Shown here piece by piece: positions 1 to 8,729 of a DNA stretch of 64,000 nucleotides. Every line of letters begins with the position of its first letter. The first letter of the stretch is position 1. The position numbers were made by a program, and so were the translations under genes. The stretch is from a virus (Duplodnaviria > Caudoviricetes), in the IMG/VR virus record IMGVR_UViG_3300025018_000003, positions 26,707 to 90,706 of that record; one strand, written 5' to 3'. The notes under the pieces were generated by a model. It saw nothing but the letters and a program-made list of their open reading frames with translations, was not told the origin of the DNA and made no database searches.

Positions 1-2
1 AG

Positions 3-869
3 ATGAAGGACAAGGATGGGAACGAAGTCTCCCTGTGGGACGCGTTCACCAACGAAGGAGAGTGGGACGTCGAGAAGATGGGCCCGCAACCGGCGGAGTG
101 GAAGTTCAGACTGGACTCGGATGAGCAGAACGAGTTCACGAAGACTCGTGACCGCATCATTGGGGTCAACAAGAAGCTCCACGGTAACTACGACCCCAAC
201 TCCCTGGTCGAGGCCAAGAAGTGGGTGGCCGGGCGCATGCTCCTCATGTTCCGGTCCTGGATGGCTGAAGGATTCGAGTGGCGCTTTGCCCACGAGCACT
301 TCGACCAGCAGCTTGGCCGCACCATCAAGGGTCGCTGGCTCTCCTACCGTGACCTGGCCCGGGAGCATGGTGCAGGCAAGACAGCCCAGCTCATGCTGCG
401 CATGTTGCTCAACAAGAAGGGCCAGTTGGCCATCGAAGGGAAGCCGCTCAGTGAGTTGGACATGCAGAACATGCGGTCCAACATCATGGAGATCCAGTTT
501 TACATCGCGTTGACCGCCTTGACGGTCATGTTGAAGGCCGGTCTGCAGGACGACGACGAGGAAGAAGAAGGATTGGGGATTGCAACTGCCCGAATCCTGA
601 TCTCCCAGCTGTACAGAGTCGAGGCGGACATCGTGTTCTACGCCTCTCCGGACACCATGCTGGAGATCTCGAAGAACTCGATCCCTGCCATGAAGACCAT
701 TGCGGACTTCCAGGCGGCCATGTCCTCATCGATTGCCTACATCCGGAAGGGAGAGGAGTACACCGGTCTGGATCCCTGGTACAAGTGGATGAAGGCCTTC
801 CCGATTGGGACGCAGGGCTACAAGATGTGGTACATGGGTACCCACGACGTCAACTGGGGCGACCTCTAA
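3..869 (+). CDS. C-terminal part of a large crAss-like virion (cargo/ejection-type) protein, 5'-truncated by the window
   Basis: Open frame from the window edge to TAA at 869. Motifs SLWDAF, KLHGNYD and MFRSW resemble C-termini of giant Crassvirales virion proteins (recognition from memory). Confidence 0.55.
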   Translation: MKDKDGNEVSLWDAFTNEGEWDVEKMGPQPAEWKFRLDSDEQNEFTKTRDRIIGVNKKLHGNYDPNSLVEAKKWVAGRMLLMFRSWMAEGFEWRFAHEHFDQQLGRTIKGRWLSYRDLAREHGAGKTAQLMLRMLLNKKGQLAIEGKPLSELDMQNMRSNIMEIQFYIALTALTVMLKAGLQDDDEEEEGLGIATARILISQLYRVEADIVFYASPDTMLEISKNSIPAMKTIADFQAAMSSSIAYIRKGEEYTGLDPWYKWMKAFPIGTQGYKMWYMGTHDVNWGDL

Positions 870-888
870 AATCCGTGACAGGAGGCTG

Positions 889-924
889 AAAAAAGGGGAC
901 CCCCCGCGGATGCGGAGAGTCCCC
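889..924 (-). terminator. Intrinsic terminator at the convergence of the plus- and minus-strand blocks
   Basis: GGGGAC-CCCCGC...GCGGAGA-GTCCCC hairpin with an adjacent A6 (U6 on the minus strand). Confidence 0.75.
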
Positions 925-965
925 TCGCTGGACCCCGTCTCACCAACCTTGCCGTGCGGCAAGTC

Positions 966-1292
966 TCAGAGGCCCTGGAACGGATCCTGCAGAAGGTCCA
1001 GTATCTCCTGCAGTGACTTGTGCTTCGTCCAGTTACCGTTGCGATTTACGATGAAGAAGGAAGGCCCGTAGACACGGATGACCATGTCCAGGGTCGCAGG
1101 GCACGAGAGGGCGATGCTCCAGTACGGCTTCTTGCCTGCTGGTACCTCTCGCTCAGACATCCATTGGATCCCCTGCAAGGGTCCACGGAAGCGTCCAGAG
1201 GACGTGGCTCGGATGTAGATGTCGTAGGCAATCTCCTCGGTCTTCTTGACCTTGGCTACCTGTGCGGCATCCGACGTATAGTTCGGGTCCAT
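966..1292 (-). CDS. Hypothetical protein (108 aa)
   Basis: ORF in operon orientation with plausible composition. Confidence 0.7.
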   Translation of the reverse strand: MDPNYTSDAAQVAKVKKTEEIAYDIYIRATSSGRFRGPLQGIQWMSEREVPAGKKPYWSIALSCPATLDMVIRVYGPSFFIVNRNGNWTKHKSLQEILDLLQDPFQGL

Positions 1293-1332
1293 GAAAGATG
1301 ACAGTCCTTACTCGGACTGTTGGGTTATCTAC

Positions 1333-1566
1333 TCAGAGTAGGTAGACCGAGGAGGGAGAGAGCCGGATCTCCTGTTCGTCCTCATCGAAGTCCAGTTCAG
1401 ACTCGAAGGAATCATCGCCGCGTGCCAGCGACAGGATCTCGTTGCCGTACTCTTCCAGAAGGGCCGCGCACAATGGGTGGCCGCTTGGGAAGAAGGCTTC
1501 CATCTCTCCCTCCTCATGGTCCACCCTGAGGGGACCCAGGACCTGATGTGTGATGTACGTGGTCAT
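1333..1566 (-). CDS. Hypothetical acidic protein (MTTYITH...)
   Basis: ORF whose start overlaps the upstream stop (ATGA). Confidence 0.65.
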   Translation of the reverse strand: MTTYITHQVLGPLRVDHEEGEMEAFFPSGHPLCAALLEEYGNEILSLARGDDSFESELDFDEDEQEIRLSPSSVYLL

Positions 1567-1652
1567 ACACACGAAAAGGCAAATCCTGGACCAGATCCCT
1601 CATTCTCCATCCTCGGATGTGAAATGTAGGTGCTCATGGCCGAAAGGGTCAT
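1563..1652 (-). CDS. 29-aa micro-ORF MTLSAMSTYISHPRMENEGSGPGFAFSCV
   Basis: Read by hand. ATGA overlaps at both ends with the flanking genes. Confidence 0.4.
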   Translation of the reverse strand: MTLSAMSTYISHPRMENEGSGPGFAFSCV

Positions 1653-2389
1653 GACTCACCTCCAATCAAATCGCTTGCCGTAAGCCCGTCTGGCAGCGGA
1701 GGGAGAACGGAAAGAACCCCCTGTTTCCCAGCGAGCCTGGCACTGATCTCGTTGGCCTCCTTGGTGGAGATGATCTGCCGGGCATGGAGATCATCGACCT
1801 CCCACTGGTCTTCAGGATCGAACTCCACTGGGATATTCCGGTCTGTCATCTCCTTCCACTGGATGGGAGCGGAGACGTCTATCGGATTCTCCTTGTTGAC
1901 GAAGATCGGCCCAAGGGACGGAGGCCTCACGATCTTCTGGGGCTCGTAGTCCACGAACACCAGATGGTGGCCGGACAACCGATCTTCGAAGACCGGCTTG
2001 ACGTCCTCCCACTTCAATCCGCCGATCCCACATCCCACCTGAGGGATCCCGATGACGAACTTCTTGGGGTTCGTCCAGATGAGCCATGAAGCCAATGCGT
2101 CCAAGCTGTGCTCGATGAACGAGATCTGGGCATTGGCCCCAGGAAGGTTCTGGGTGTAGAGGTTGACAAGGATTCCGTGTTGAACCGGCACAGGCAGGAT
2201 CGAGCCTGCGACTACTCCGTGCTGGGTGCAGAGCAGATGATCCGCTCTTTGCACCTCCGGGTAGGCTTGGGCAATCTGCTTGGCAATGCCAGCGCCCATG
2301 ATACCACGGCAATTGCAGCCGTGGACGATGACGTCGAAGTGACCAGCTTGGAATAGGGCGAGCAGGTCACCCTTGACTGTTCTGTTCAT
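1649..2389 (-). CDS. Macrodomain (Appr-1''-p / ADP-ribose glycohydrolase family) protein with C-terminal extension
   Basis: VKGDLL...VIVHGCNCRGIMGAGIAKQI...NLYTQ...GIPQVGCGIGGLKW are hallmark macrodomain motifs. Start reassigned to MNRTVKGD. Confidence 0.88.
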   Translation of the reverse strand: MNRTVKGDLLALFQAGHFDVIVHGCNCRGIMGAGIAKQIAQAYPEVQRADHLLCTQHGVVAGSILPVPVQHGILVNLYTQNLPGANAQISFIEHSLDALASWLIWTNPKKFVIGIPQVGCGIGGLKWEDVKPVFEDRLSGHHLVFVDYEPQKIVRPPSLGPIFVNKENPIDVSAPIQWKEMTDRNIPVEFDPEDQWEVDDLHARQIISTKEANEISARLAGKQGVLSVLPPLPDGLTASDLIGGES

Positions 2390-2684
2390 CAGAGTTGGGT
2401 TTGAATGGTTCTCCGCAGTGCGGACAAATAGGGATGGGCTCTTCGTCGTGGAAGGTGAAGCGCTCATCGATGGATTCCGTGATACGCCGCATGGCGTTGT
2501 CGACGACCTCGGCGATGTGCCGATCAACATCTCCGTCAGGCACCTTCTCGTAGACGAAGGCATTCCCGACGTATCGGGTGCGTTCCCACTTGATGTACCT
2601 GGAGTGCTTGTTGACACGGTTGAAGAAGCCGCGGAGACCGCTCTCAATGGCTTCGTCGAGGAGGTCCCTTAGGCGTACTTTCAT
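2367..2684 (-). CDS. Hypothetical protein with C-terminal CPHC knuckle
   Basis: ORF in operon context. Confidence 0.65.
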   Translation of the reverse strand: MKVRLRDLLDEAIESGLRGFFNRVNKHSRYIKWERTRYVGNAFVYEKVPDGDVDRHIAEVVDNAMRRITESIDERFTFHDEEPIPICPHCGEPFKPNSDEQNSQG

Positions 2685-2853
2685 AGGGGTCGGGGAGGTT
2701 GAGACGACGTTGGGCCCACAACAAGGTGGGATAGTTCAGCCTGTTGACGACGTGGAGAGTCTTCCCTCCTCTCCGGCACACGATCTCACAGAGACCGTGG
2801 ACCGGATTGGAGGGACGAAGGGTGATGATGGTTGGGTTGCCCACGGGTGTCAA
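2644..2853 (-). CDS. Hypothetical protein (69 aa)
   Basis: Fills the gap between neighbours; ATGA overlap with the upstream gene. Confidence 0.5.
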   Translation of the reverse strand: MTPVGNPTIITLRPSNPVHGLCEIVCRRGGKTLHVVNRLNYPTLLWAQRRLNLPDPYESTPKGPPRRSH

Positions 2854-3212
2854 CCAGGCAGTACAGGAGGAACCGGATCTTCAGGAGTCGATCCTTCATC
2901 GAGTAGGCTCTTCAGCCTGATGATTTCCTGGGCCAGCGCATCCCTGCCGTAGAAGCAGTTGTCGCAGGCACAGTTCTCTCTTGGTGTTGGGGTTTCCTCC
3001 TCTGGGTCGTCCATCATCCACCCATAGATAGTTTCGAAAAGAGGATTACGGGGATCCTTGTAACAGAGGTTGCCAAGAATCTCCCGCATGGACAGTCCCG
3101 CTTCCAGTTCCTTTTTTAACTCGTCAGTGTAGACGAGATAGCCACCCTTGGGATTTTCGAAGAGCGGGTGAGCGCTCCAGTCACCCGAGATGGCTAGTCG
3201 TTTCAGTGGCAT
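2850..3212 (-). CDS. Hypothetical protein with CACDNC motif
   Basis: Start MPLKRL preceded by an A/C-rich leader (ataacc ATG). Confidence 0.65.
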   Translation of the reverse strand: MPLKRLAISGDWSAHPLFENPKGGYLVYTDELKKELEAGLSMREILGNLCYKDPRNPLFETIYGWMMDDPEEETPTPRENCACDNCFYGRDALAQEIIRLKSLLDEGSTPEDPVPPVLPG

Positions 3213-3214
3213 GG

Positions 3215-3400
3215 TTATCGTGGTTTGTGACGGGATCTCCGTCGGTATTCGTCCTGCCAGCCCTTCCTCTCCTTGAACTCCCACCACCAGTCACGAATGC
3301 CCAGGTAGGCGAAGATGGAGAGCCAGAAGAGCGTGATCAGGACAAGTAGTCCCAGACCGATCAAGGTCTCGATGGACACGAAGACTTCAAGTGTGATCAC
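3215..3400 (-). CDS. Small membrane protein
   Basis: GTG start overlapping the upstream TGA (GTGA). One hydrophobic segment followed by a basic tail. Confidence 0.6.
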   Translation of the reverse strand: MITLEVFVSIETLIGLGLLVLITLFWLSIFAYLGIRDWWWEFKERKGWQDEYRRRSRHKPR

Positions 3401-3984
3401 GGCTTGCTCTCCCCGACCTGGTGTGTCGGTGGCAGGTTCTCCAGTGCCATCCTGATCGCCTCCTTCAGCTCGAAGGGGCGGGGGACACCGAAGTACTTCC
3501 ATGCAGGATCTACTCCGACATCCAGACGGCCTGGTGGGTTGGGGGTGACTCCATGGACATGTCCGTGGAGGTTGACGACGTCGCCCTTCCAGAACTCGTC
3601 GATCATCATGGGCCGGTGGGTCATGAAGACCTCGACTGGGAGTCCCTTGACTCGCAGGATCTTGGCGTCAAGGATCTGGTCAAAACACCCCAGGAGAGTG
3701 TCCGGCCAACTGCGCAGGTTGTCGTGATTGCCGATGACCAGGATCTTCCTGGACGCCGACCTTGACAGGTGCAGAGCCACGTCCTCGCCCTTCTCCTTGC
3801 CGCCGAAGTAGACGTCGCCGAGATGGTAGAGAGTGTCTCCTGCCCTGCACGACGCCTGCAGCATGTCTCCCATCAGCTCGTTCATCTCAGCCACCCCTTC
3901 ATCCGTCAGAGGGACGGGGCGTCCGGTGTACTGGATGATGTTGCGGTGGAAGAAGTGGGTGTCTGCGGTGACGTACGTTTCCAT
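3397..3984 (-). CDS. Calcineurin-like metallophosphoesterase
   Basis: ADTHF, HLGD, GNHD and HGHVH motifs. Confidence 0.9.
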   Translation of the reverse strand: METYVTADTHFFHRNIIQYTGRPVPLTDEGVAEMNELMGDMLQASCRAGDTLYHLGDVYFGGKEKGEDVALHLSRSASRKILVIGNHDNLRSWPDTLLGCFDQILDAKILRVKGLPVEVFMTHRPMMIDEFWKGDVVNLHGHVHGVTPNPPGRLDVGVDPAWKYFGVPRPFELKEAIRMALENLPPTHQVGESKP

Positions 3985-4136
3985 GCTTCGTATTCCTCTG
4001 GTTTGAACAGGTAGTCACAGTGACCATCCATGTCCGGTTTCATGTTGCCTGAGAACTTGTCAGGATTGCCGTTGGGGCGGACACAGTCGCGGGCACAGGA
4101 GTACCCGGGACAGTATTCGACATCGAGGTAGATCAT
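3906..4136 (-). CDS. Small Cys-rich hypothetical protein (MIYLDVEYCPGYSC...)
   Basis: ATGA overlap with the upstream micro-ORF; four Cys residues. Confidence 0.55.
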   Translation of the reverse strand: MIYLDVEYCPGYSCARDCVRPNGNPDKFSGNMKPDMDGHCDYLFKPEEYEAWKRTSPQTPTSSTATSSSTPDAPSL

Positions 4137-4246
4137 GACAGGCACCCCAGGATGAATAGGCCGATCAGGACCATGAGGCCCAGTCCCAGGAACACCACAA
4201 AGGTGCGCCACAGGAAGATCAGCAGAGTGCGTGTGGATTGGTTCAT
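4133..4246 (-). CDS. 37-aa single-TM peptide MNQSTRTLLIFLWRTFVVFLGLGLMVLIGLFILGCLS
   Basis: Read by hand. Hydrophobic, and its stop overlaps the next start. Confidence 0.6.
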   Translation of the reverse strand: MNQSTRTLLIFLWRTFVVFLGLGLMVLIGLFILGCLS

Positions 4247-4311
4247 ATCTTTTTTGGTATGTCAGATGTGACATCTCACTCGGTGGAAGAGTCGCCTCTC
4301 CCACCGGTGAA

Positions 4312-6291
4312 TCAGAGACCTGGCAGCTCGCAGGCTTCTCCGTCGCAGCCCCGTTCAGGAGCCTTCTGGAAACCTTCTACGATGCTGTCGAAGTCGACTG
4401 GGAGCAGCTTTGCGGCCATCTCCAAGTACTTCTCTTCCGTGATCTCTTCGTAGGGCATCTGTGCGTACGCCCCACCTGATTCGAGCTTGGGCAGGAAGCT
4501 GACTCCCTTGAGCTGATACTGGTAGTAGTTCAGCGCGTGGGGAATCTGATCCGCCTCATGCGGCTTGAAGGTGATCGTTGCCGACACCTGGTTGTCCGCC
4601 CAGTGCTTCTGCAGGAAGGCCGCCAGTGCAAGCTGCTCCCACATGGACACCTCGTTGACCGTTCTGATGTTGTTGCCGAGGCTCACAGGGAACTCGACAA
4701 TCATGGTACCAGAGTCGTTCACCGAAGGCTCCATGGTGTAGCCAGCCTTGAATAAGGGCTCCAGCAGAGGGCTTGTTTTAGCCACACGAACACGACGGAT
4801 GTAGAACTGGCTCTCCGGGTAGTGCAACCCAGGAGTCGCACCAGCGAGCAGAGAGACGGTACCTGACGGCTTGATGCTCGTGGTCTTGATAGATCGCGGC
4901 ACCGCCAGCCAGTCAGAGTACACCTCGTCGTAGTACTGGATGGTCTCGTAGCCGGACTCCGCCCAGTTGCGGAGAGTCGACAGGCCTCGTTGAGTGATGA
5001 ACTGGGCGATGCCAGTCATCGAGGTGCCGATTCTCCTGTTCCGGAGCAGAACCCGGTTGGTCTCCGCCCAGTGAGTGGCCCCGAGGGTCACTGTCTTGGC
5101 GTAGAGGTAGGCGAACTTGAGGGTCCGCTTGAAGGCCTCCAGTGACTCGTGGTTGTGCGGGTAGGTCTCGACCAGGCAACAGAGTTCGTACGGCTCCAGT
5201 GTCTGTTCGAGGCACGGATTCCCACCACGGGCCCGGTGATCCTTGTAGTCAGGACCATTGTTCATGCGGCTGTAGTTCTGCATGTTGGCCAACCAGGCGT
5301 AGCCCGGTTCACCATTACGCGCAGTGCGTAGTGCCGCATGCTCATAGTCCTGGCCGATCTCGGCGAAGATGGAGTTGTTGGACGTCCATCCCCAACCGCT
5401 TTTCCAGTCATTCCTCTCCGGGTTGACCTCATGGTTCTTGAGGTCGAGGTACTCGTCGGTATCAGGACCAAACACGATTTCCGCGGTTCGGCGGACGTTT
5501 CCAGCGATGACGCAGGCCCCGATCATGTTCATGATGTCGACGATGTCCGTTGCCGTGAGCATGTTGCCCACGCGGTTCTCCAGCACCTGGATGATCCGCT
5601 GGTGCAGGAGATAGAGAGGCTCTGGACCTGCAGCCACACCACCGAAGCCCTTGATGGGGGTTCCGGCAGGGCGGATCTTCGAGTAGTCGAACTGCGGAAG
5701 CTGTCTTCCGTGGTTCAACAGGTAGGCATCGATAATCTTGCACGTCGTCACCACCCAGCCCTCCCGGGTATCCGGGATGACGAAGACTTCGTCGACGTGT
5801 TCGACAGGATGCACCATACAGGTGTCGGCACCACGGACATCGAAGCCCACTCCGACTCCCAGCATGGACATGTCCATGAGGAACTCGAAGGGCTTCCCTC
5901 CTTCCGTGGAGACGTGCTCGGTGCTGACGAACCCGCAGTTGTTCAAGGCCGCGAAGACCTTGCGCTGATCAGTCAGTTCCGAGCCCATGGCCCAGAGACC
6001 ACGCCCGGGTGGGGTGAACTTGAGACTCCAGATGCGGTCGAACATCTCCTGCGCAGACTCCTGGGCCTTCTTCGGGTCCCAGCCAAGTCCGTGGCGGTTG
6101 ATGTGATCTTCCTGCATCCGGTAGGTCCCTTCCACCACACGGCGGACAGTCTCGAACCACCTTTCATTGGTCCCATCCGCCTTGACCCGCGAGTAGGTCC
6201 GCAGGTAGGTGAACTGACCAAGAGCGCCGAATCCGAAGGGCGGTTTCCGATGCGCATACTTGGCCACGAAGGCGTCATCGAGTTTGAACAT
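4312..6291 (-). CDS. nrdJ: Class II (B12-dependent) monomeric ribonucleoside-triphosphate reductase
   Basis: TPPGRGLW, ALNNC, NVRRTAE, GNPCLEQ (thiyl Cys), LCCLVE, IKPSGTVS, and C-terminal CDGEAC. Start reassigned to MFKLDD. Confidence 0.93.
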   Translation of the reverse strand: MFKLDDAFVAKYAHRKPPFGFGALGQFTYLRTYSRVKADGTNERWFETVRRVVEGTYRMQEDHINRHGLGWDPKKAQESAQEMFDRIWSLKFTPPGRGLWAMGSELTDQRKVFAALNNCGFVSTEHVSTEGGKPFEFLMDMSMLGVGVGFDVRGADTCMVHPVEHVDEVFVIPDTREGWVVTTCKIIDAYLLNHGRQLPQFDYSKIRPAGTPIKGFGGVAAGPEPLYLLHQRIIQVLENRVGNMLTATDIVDIMNMIGACVIAGNVRRTAEIVFGPDTDEYLDLKNHEVNPERNDWKSGWGWTSNNSIFAEIGQDYEHAALRTARNGEPGYAWLANMQNYSRMNNGPDYKDHRARGGNPCLEQTLEPYELCCLVETYPHNHESLEAFKRTLKFAYLYAKTVTLGATHWAETNRVLLRNRRIGTSMTGIAQFITQRGLSTLRNWAESGYETIQYYDEVYSDWLAVPRSIKTTSIKPSGTVSLLAGATPGLHYPESQFYIRRVRVAKTSPLLEPLFKAGYTMEPSVNDSGTMIVEFPVSLGNNIRTVNEVSMWEQLALAAFLQKHWADNQVSATITFKPHEADQIPHALNYYQYQLKGVSFLPKLESGGAYAQMPYEEITEEKYLEMAAKLLPVDFDSIVEGFQKAPERGCDGEACELPGL

Positions 6292-6568
6292 CGATTTCTC
6301 CGGCCTCCCACCGGCGGCAGTATTCCAGGAATTGCTCCCTGACTTCGTTGATAGCAAATCCGATCAGAGGATAAGTTGCCCTTTCCGCCTGACCAGGGTT
6401 GATCTCGTAGCGTTGGCGCAGCGTCGTCCCAGGGACGTGCTTGCCGAACTCCACGGTGATGCGGCCCATGTGGATCATGATGGAGAACCAGGCTGAATCG
6501 CCCAGATCGCCCATCCTGTTGAAGATCTCCATGACCGCAAGGTGAAGATCACCATGCTGCCTAGTCAT
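6275..6568 (-). CDS. Hypothetical protein (97 aa)
   Basis: ORF between dut and nrdJ. Confidence 0.65.
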   Translation of the reverse strand: MTRQHGDLHLAVMEIFNRMGDLGDSAWFSIMIHMGRITVEFGKHVPGTTLRQRYEINPGQAERATYPLIGFAINEVREQFLEYCRRWEAGEIDVQTR

Positions 6569-6570
6569 GA

Positions 6571-6999
6571 TTACCTCCCTGTGGATCCAAATCCACCTTC
6601 CCCGCGCTCTGACTCGGAGAGTTCTTCTGCGAGTACCGGGTAGGCGAGGATCACCGGAACGATGAGCAGCTGGGCCACTCGGTCTCCGGCAAGGTAGTAC
6701 TGGTTGTATCGAGGACCACCTACACGACGGAATCGAACCTGGATGGTACCCCGGTATCCGGAGTCGATGACTCCGATGGAGTTAGCCAGGGTCAGTCCTG
6801 TCGTGGAGATGGACGATCTTGGAGCGATGAGTCCAACGAAGCCCTCCGGAATCTCGACAGCCAGTCCGGTTTCATACCAGGCCTCGCTGTCAGAAAACAC
6901 CATGCGCTCCGCTGCCACCAGATCCAGTCCCGCATCCGTGGAGTTGGCCCTCGTAGGCAGTACGGCTTTCTCGTGCCGTAAGTGAAATTTCAAGTCCAT
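6571..6999 (-). CDS. dut: Trimeric dUTPase
   Basis: AGLDL, APRSS, GVIDSGYRG, RVAQL and RGEGGFGSTG are the five dUTPase motifs. Confidence 0.95.
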   Translation of the reverse strand: MDLKFHLRHEKAVLPTRANSTDAGLDLVAAERMVFSDSEAWYETGLAVEIPEGFVGLIAPRSSISTTGLTLANSIGVIDSGYRGTIQVRFRRVGGPRYNQYYLAGDRVAQLLIVPVILAYPVLAEELSESERGEGGFGSTGR

Positions 7000-7026
7000 G
7001 AGTATAGGCTCTTGGGGGCTAGAGAC

Positions 7027-7063
7027 AAAAGCACCCGGCCAGATACCCCAACTGACCGGGTGC
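7027..7063 (-). terminator. Intrinsic terminator after rIIB
   Basis: GCACCCGGTCAG / CTGGCCGGGTGC stem followed by TTTT on the minus strand. Confidence 0.75.
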
Positions 7064-7136
7064 TGCACGCAGAGAGCGTATGAGACATGAGGGGCCTTAC
7101 AGGGCCCCCCATATCTCGTAGCCATTTCTGTGCCGA

Positions 7137-8729
7137 CTACCAGGTCCAGTCTTCGACGAACACGTCGTCGCAGACCAGCTTGTCCTCGACGAACAGCTCG
7201 AAGGATTCTTCGTAGGAGCCATCGACTACGGCAGCACGCCACCGGGCCTTGGCTTCATCACGAGTGATGACCTCACGGCCATCATTCTCCTCTTCGCAGT
7301 CGCACTCCTCACACCCACAGTCCGGGCAGCAAGAGTCGTCCTCGTTCTCGTGGTAGTCCTCCAGGAACTCGTCGAAGGATCCTTCGAAGCCATCCTTCTC
7401 GATGGTCTGCTTCCAAGCATTCCTGGCCCGCTCCATGAAGAACAGATCACGATCCCCGCAATAGTTCTCCCGATAGGAGTCTGCAGGAGACTTCTGGTTC
7501 GTAGCCCACGGATCATCGACGTCGAAGTAGGTCTCCTCAAAAGGAGCTTCGATAGGCTCTTCGAGTTCCACGTCGTCAGCATCCGGATTCTCCTTGTAGA
7601 TGCTGTTGAGCTTCGTCTTCACGATGTGAGCCTGCTCTTCGATCAGCTTGAAGGCCTCGGTGGACATGTCCACGTTGGCCAGCCGGTCGAGCAGGTTCAT
7701 CTCCAGATCCTTGAGAGCCCGGAGAGAGTACGGGGTGTACTCGCCTTCGAAGAACGCGGAAGGAAGCTCCTCCCAGTCGTTGGCATTCCCGGTGTTCATC
7801 ACGGCGTACGGGTAGTACTCGCACACCCGGATCTTCGAGTTGTCGTAGTTCGGTAGAGCCACGACGTTCATCGGGTTCACCAGACAGGCGAACACGGTGT
7901 CGTTGCCGCTACCGAAGTGACGGACGTACTTGAAGGATCCGACATGCAGACCGTAGGAGCACTCGTTGTGGATGTTCGGGTCACACTGCTCACGCGGCTT
8001 GAAGACCGGCACGCCCAACTTGATGTCCATCGAGCGGGAGTGCTTGTCGGTGTAGACCGTCCGTCCTTCCAGCGACTGCTCGTGGATCCGGTTGAACAGA
8101 TCCTGCAGCGATCCCAGGGACTTGGTGCACGGAGCAGGATTCGTGTCCGACATGATGGGCCGGATGCTCCGGAAACCATTTGGATTCTCGAACACGTAGT
8201 AGTGCTCCGGATTCTCTCCCTGTCGCTTCACCTGCAGCCACTCGGTGGCCACGAAGTGCGCGAGATCGAAGGCCCGGTTGTCCTCCTTCTGGGTGACCGC
8301 CTTGTACAGAACCGCCATCCCGGAGTCCGTGATGGTGATGCCGTAGTTCTGGCAGTACTCGAAGAAGCGGTCCCTGGCCGTCGTGTTCGGGTTGAGCAGA
8401 CACCAGTGCCAGAAGTTGACCAGCGGATCGATGGGGTATCCCCTGTCAAGGTACTCCATGATCGTCTTGGCCAGCGTAGCAGGCAGCGGGATGTTGCTCT
8501 CGCCGAGGTACAGAGCACCGTTGTCCTCCCGGAGCACACCCGTGCGGATGTACTTCTGGTAGGGGTTGACGATGTCCAGGAGGGCGTCGAGCGCCTCATC
8601 AGACCGTGTGGCACGGTAGGTCTGAGCAGCCTCGTAGAGCTGGTCAGCTTCCCTGCCGGTACGCACACAGTGCTTGGTGCCGAGGATGACGGTTACCTTG
8701 TCATCCCGACGGATTGCAAAGACTCTCAT
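7137..8729 (-). CDS. rIIB-like protein with an acidic, Cys-containing C-terminal extension
   Basis: PLVNFWHWCLLNP, ECSYGLHVGS, VNPMNVVALP and KIRVCEY motifs; adjacent to the rIIA-like gene. Confidence 0.82.
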   Translation of the reverse strand: MRVFAIRRDDKVTVILGTKHCVRTGREADQLYEAAQTYRATRSDEALDALLDIVNPYQKYIRTGVLREDNGALYLGESNIPLPATLAKTIMEYLDRGYPIDPLVNFWHWCLLNPNTTARDRFFEYCQNYGITITDSGMAVLYKAVTQKEDNRAFDLAHFVATEWLQVKRQGENPEHYYVFENPNGFRSIRPIMSDTNPAPCTKSLGSLQDLFNRIHEQSLEGRTVYTDKHSRSMDIKLGVPVFKPREQCDPNIHNECSYGLHVGSFKYVRHFGSGNDTVFACLVNPMNVVALPNYDNSKIRVCEYYPYAVMNTGNANDWEELPSAFFEGEYTPYSLRALKDLEMNLLDRLANVDMSTEAFKLIEEQAHIVKTKLNSIYKENPDADDVELEEPIEAPFEETYFDVDDPWATNQKSPADSYRENYCGDRDLFFMERARNAWKQTIEKDGFEGSFDEFLEDYHENEDDSCCPDCGCEECDCEEENDGREVITRDEAKARWRAAVVDGSYEESFELFVEDKLVCDDVFVEDWTW

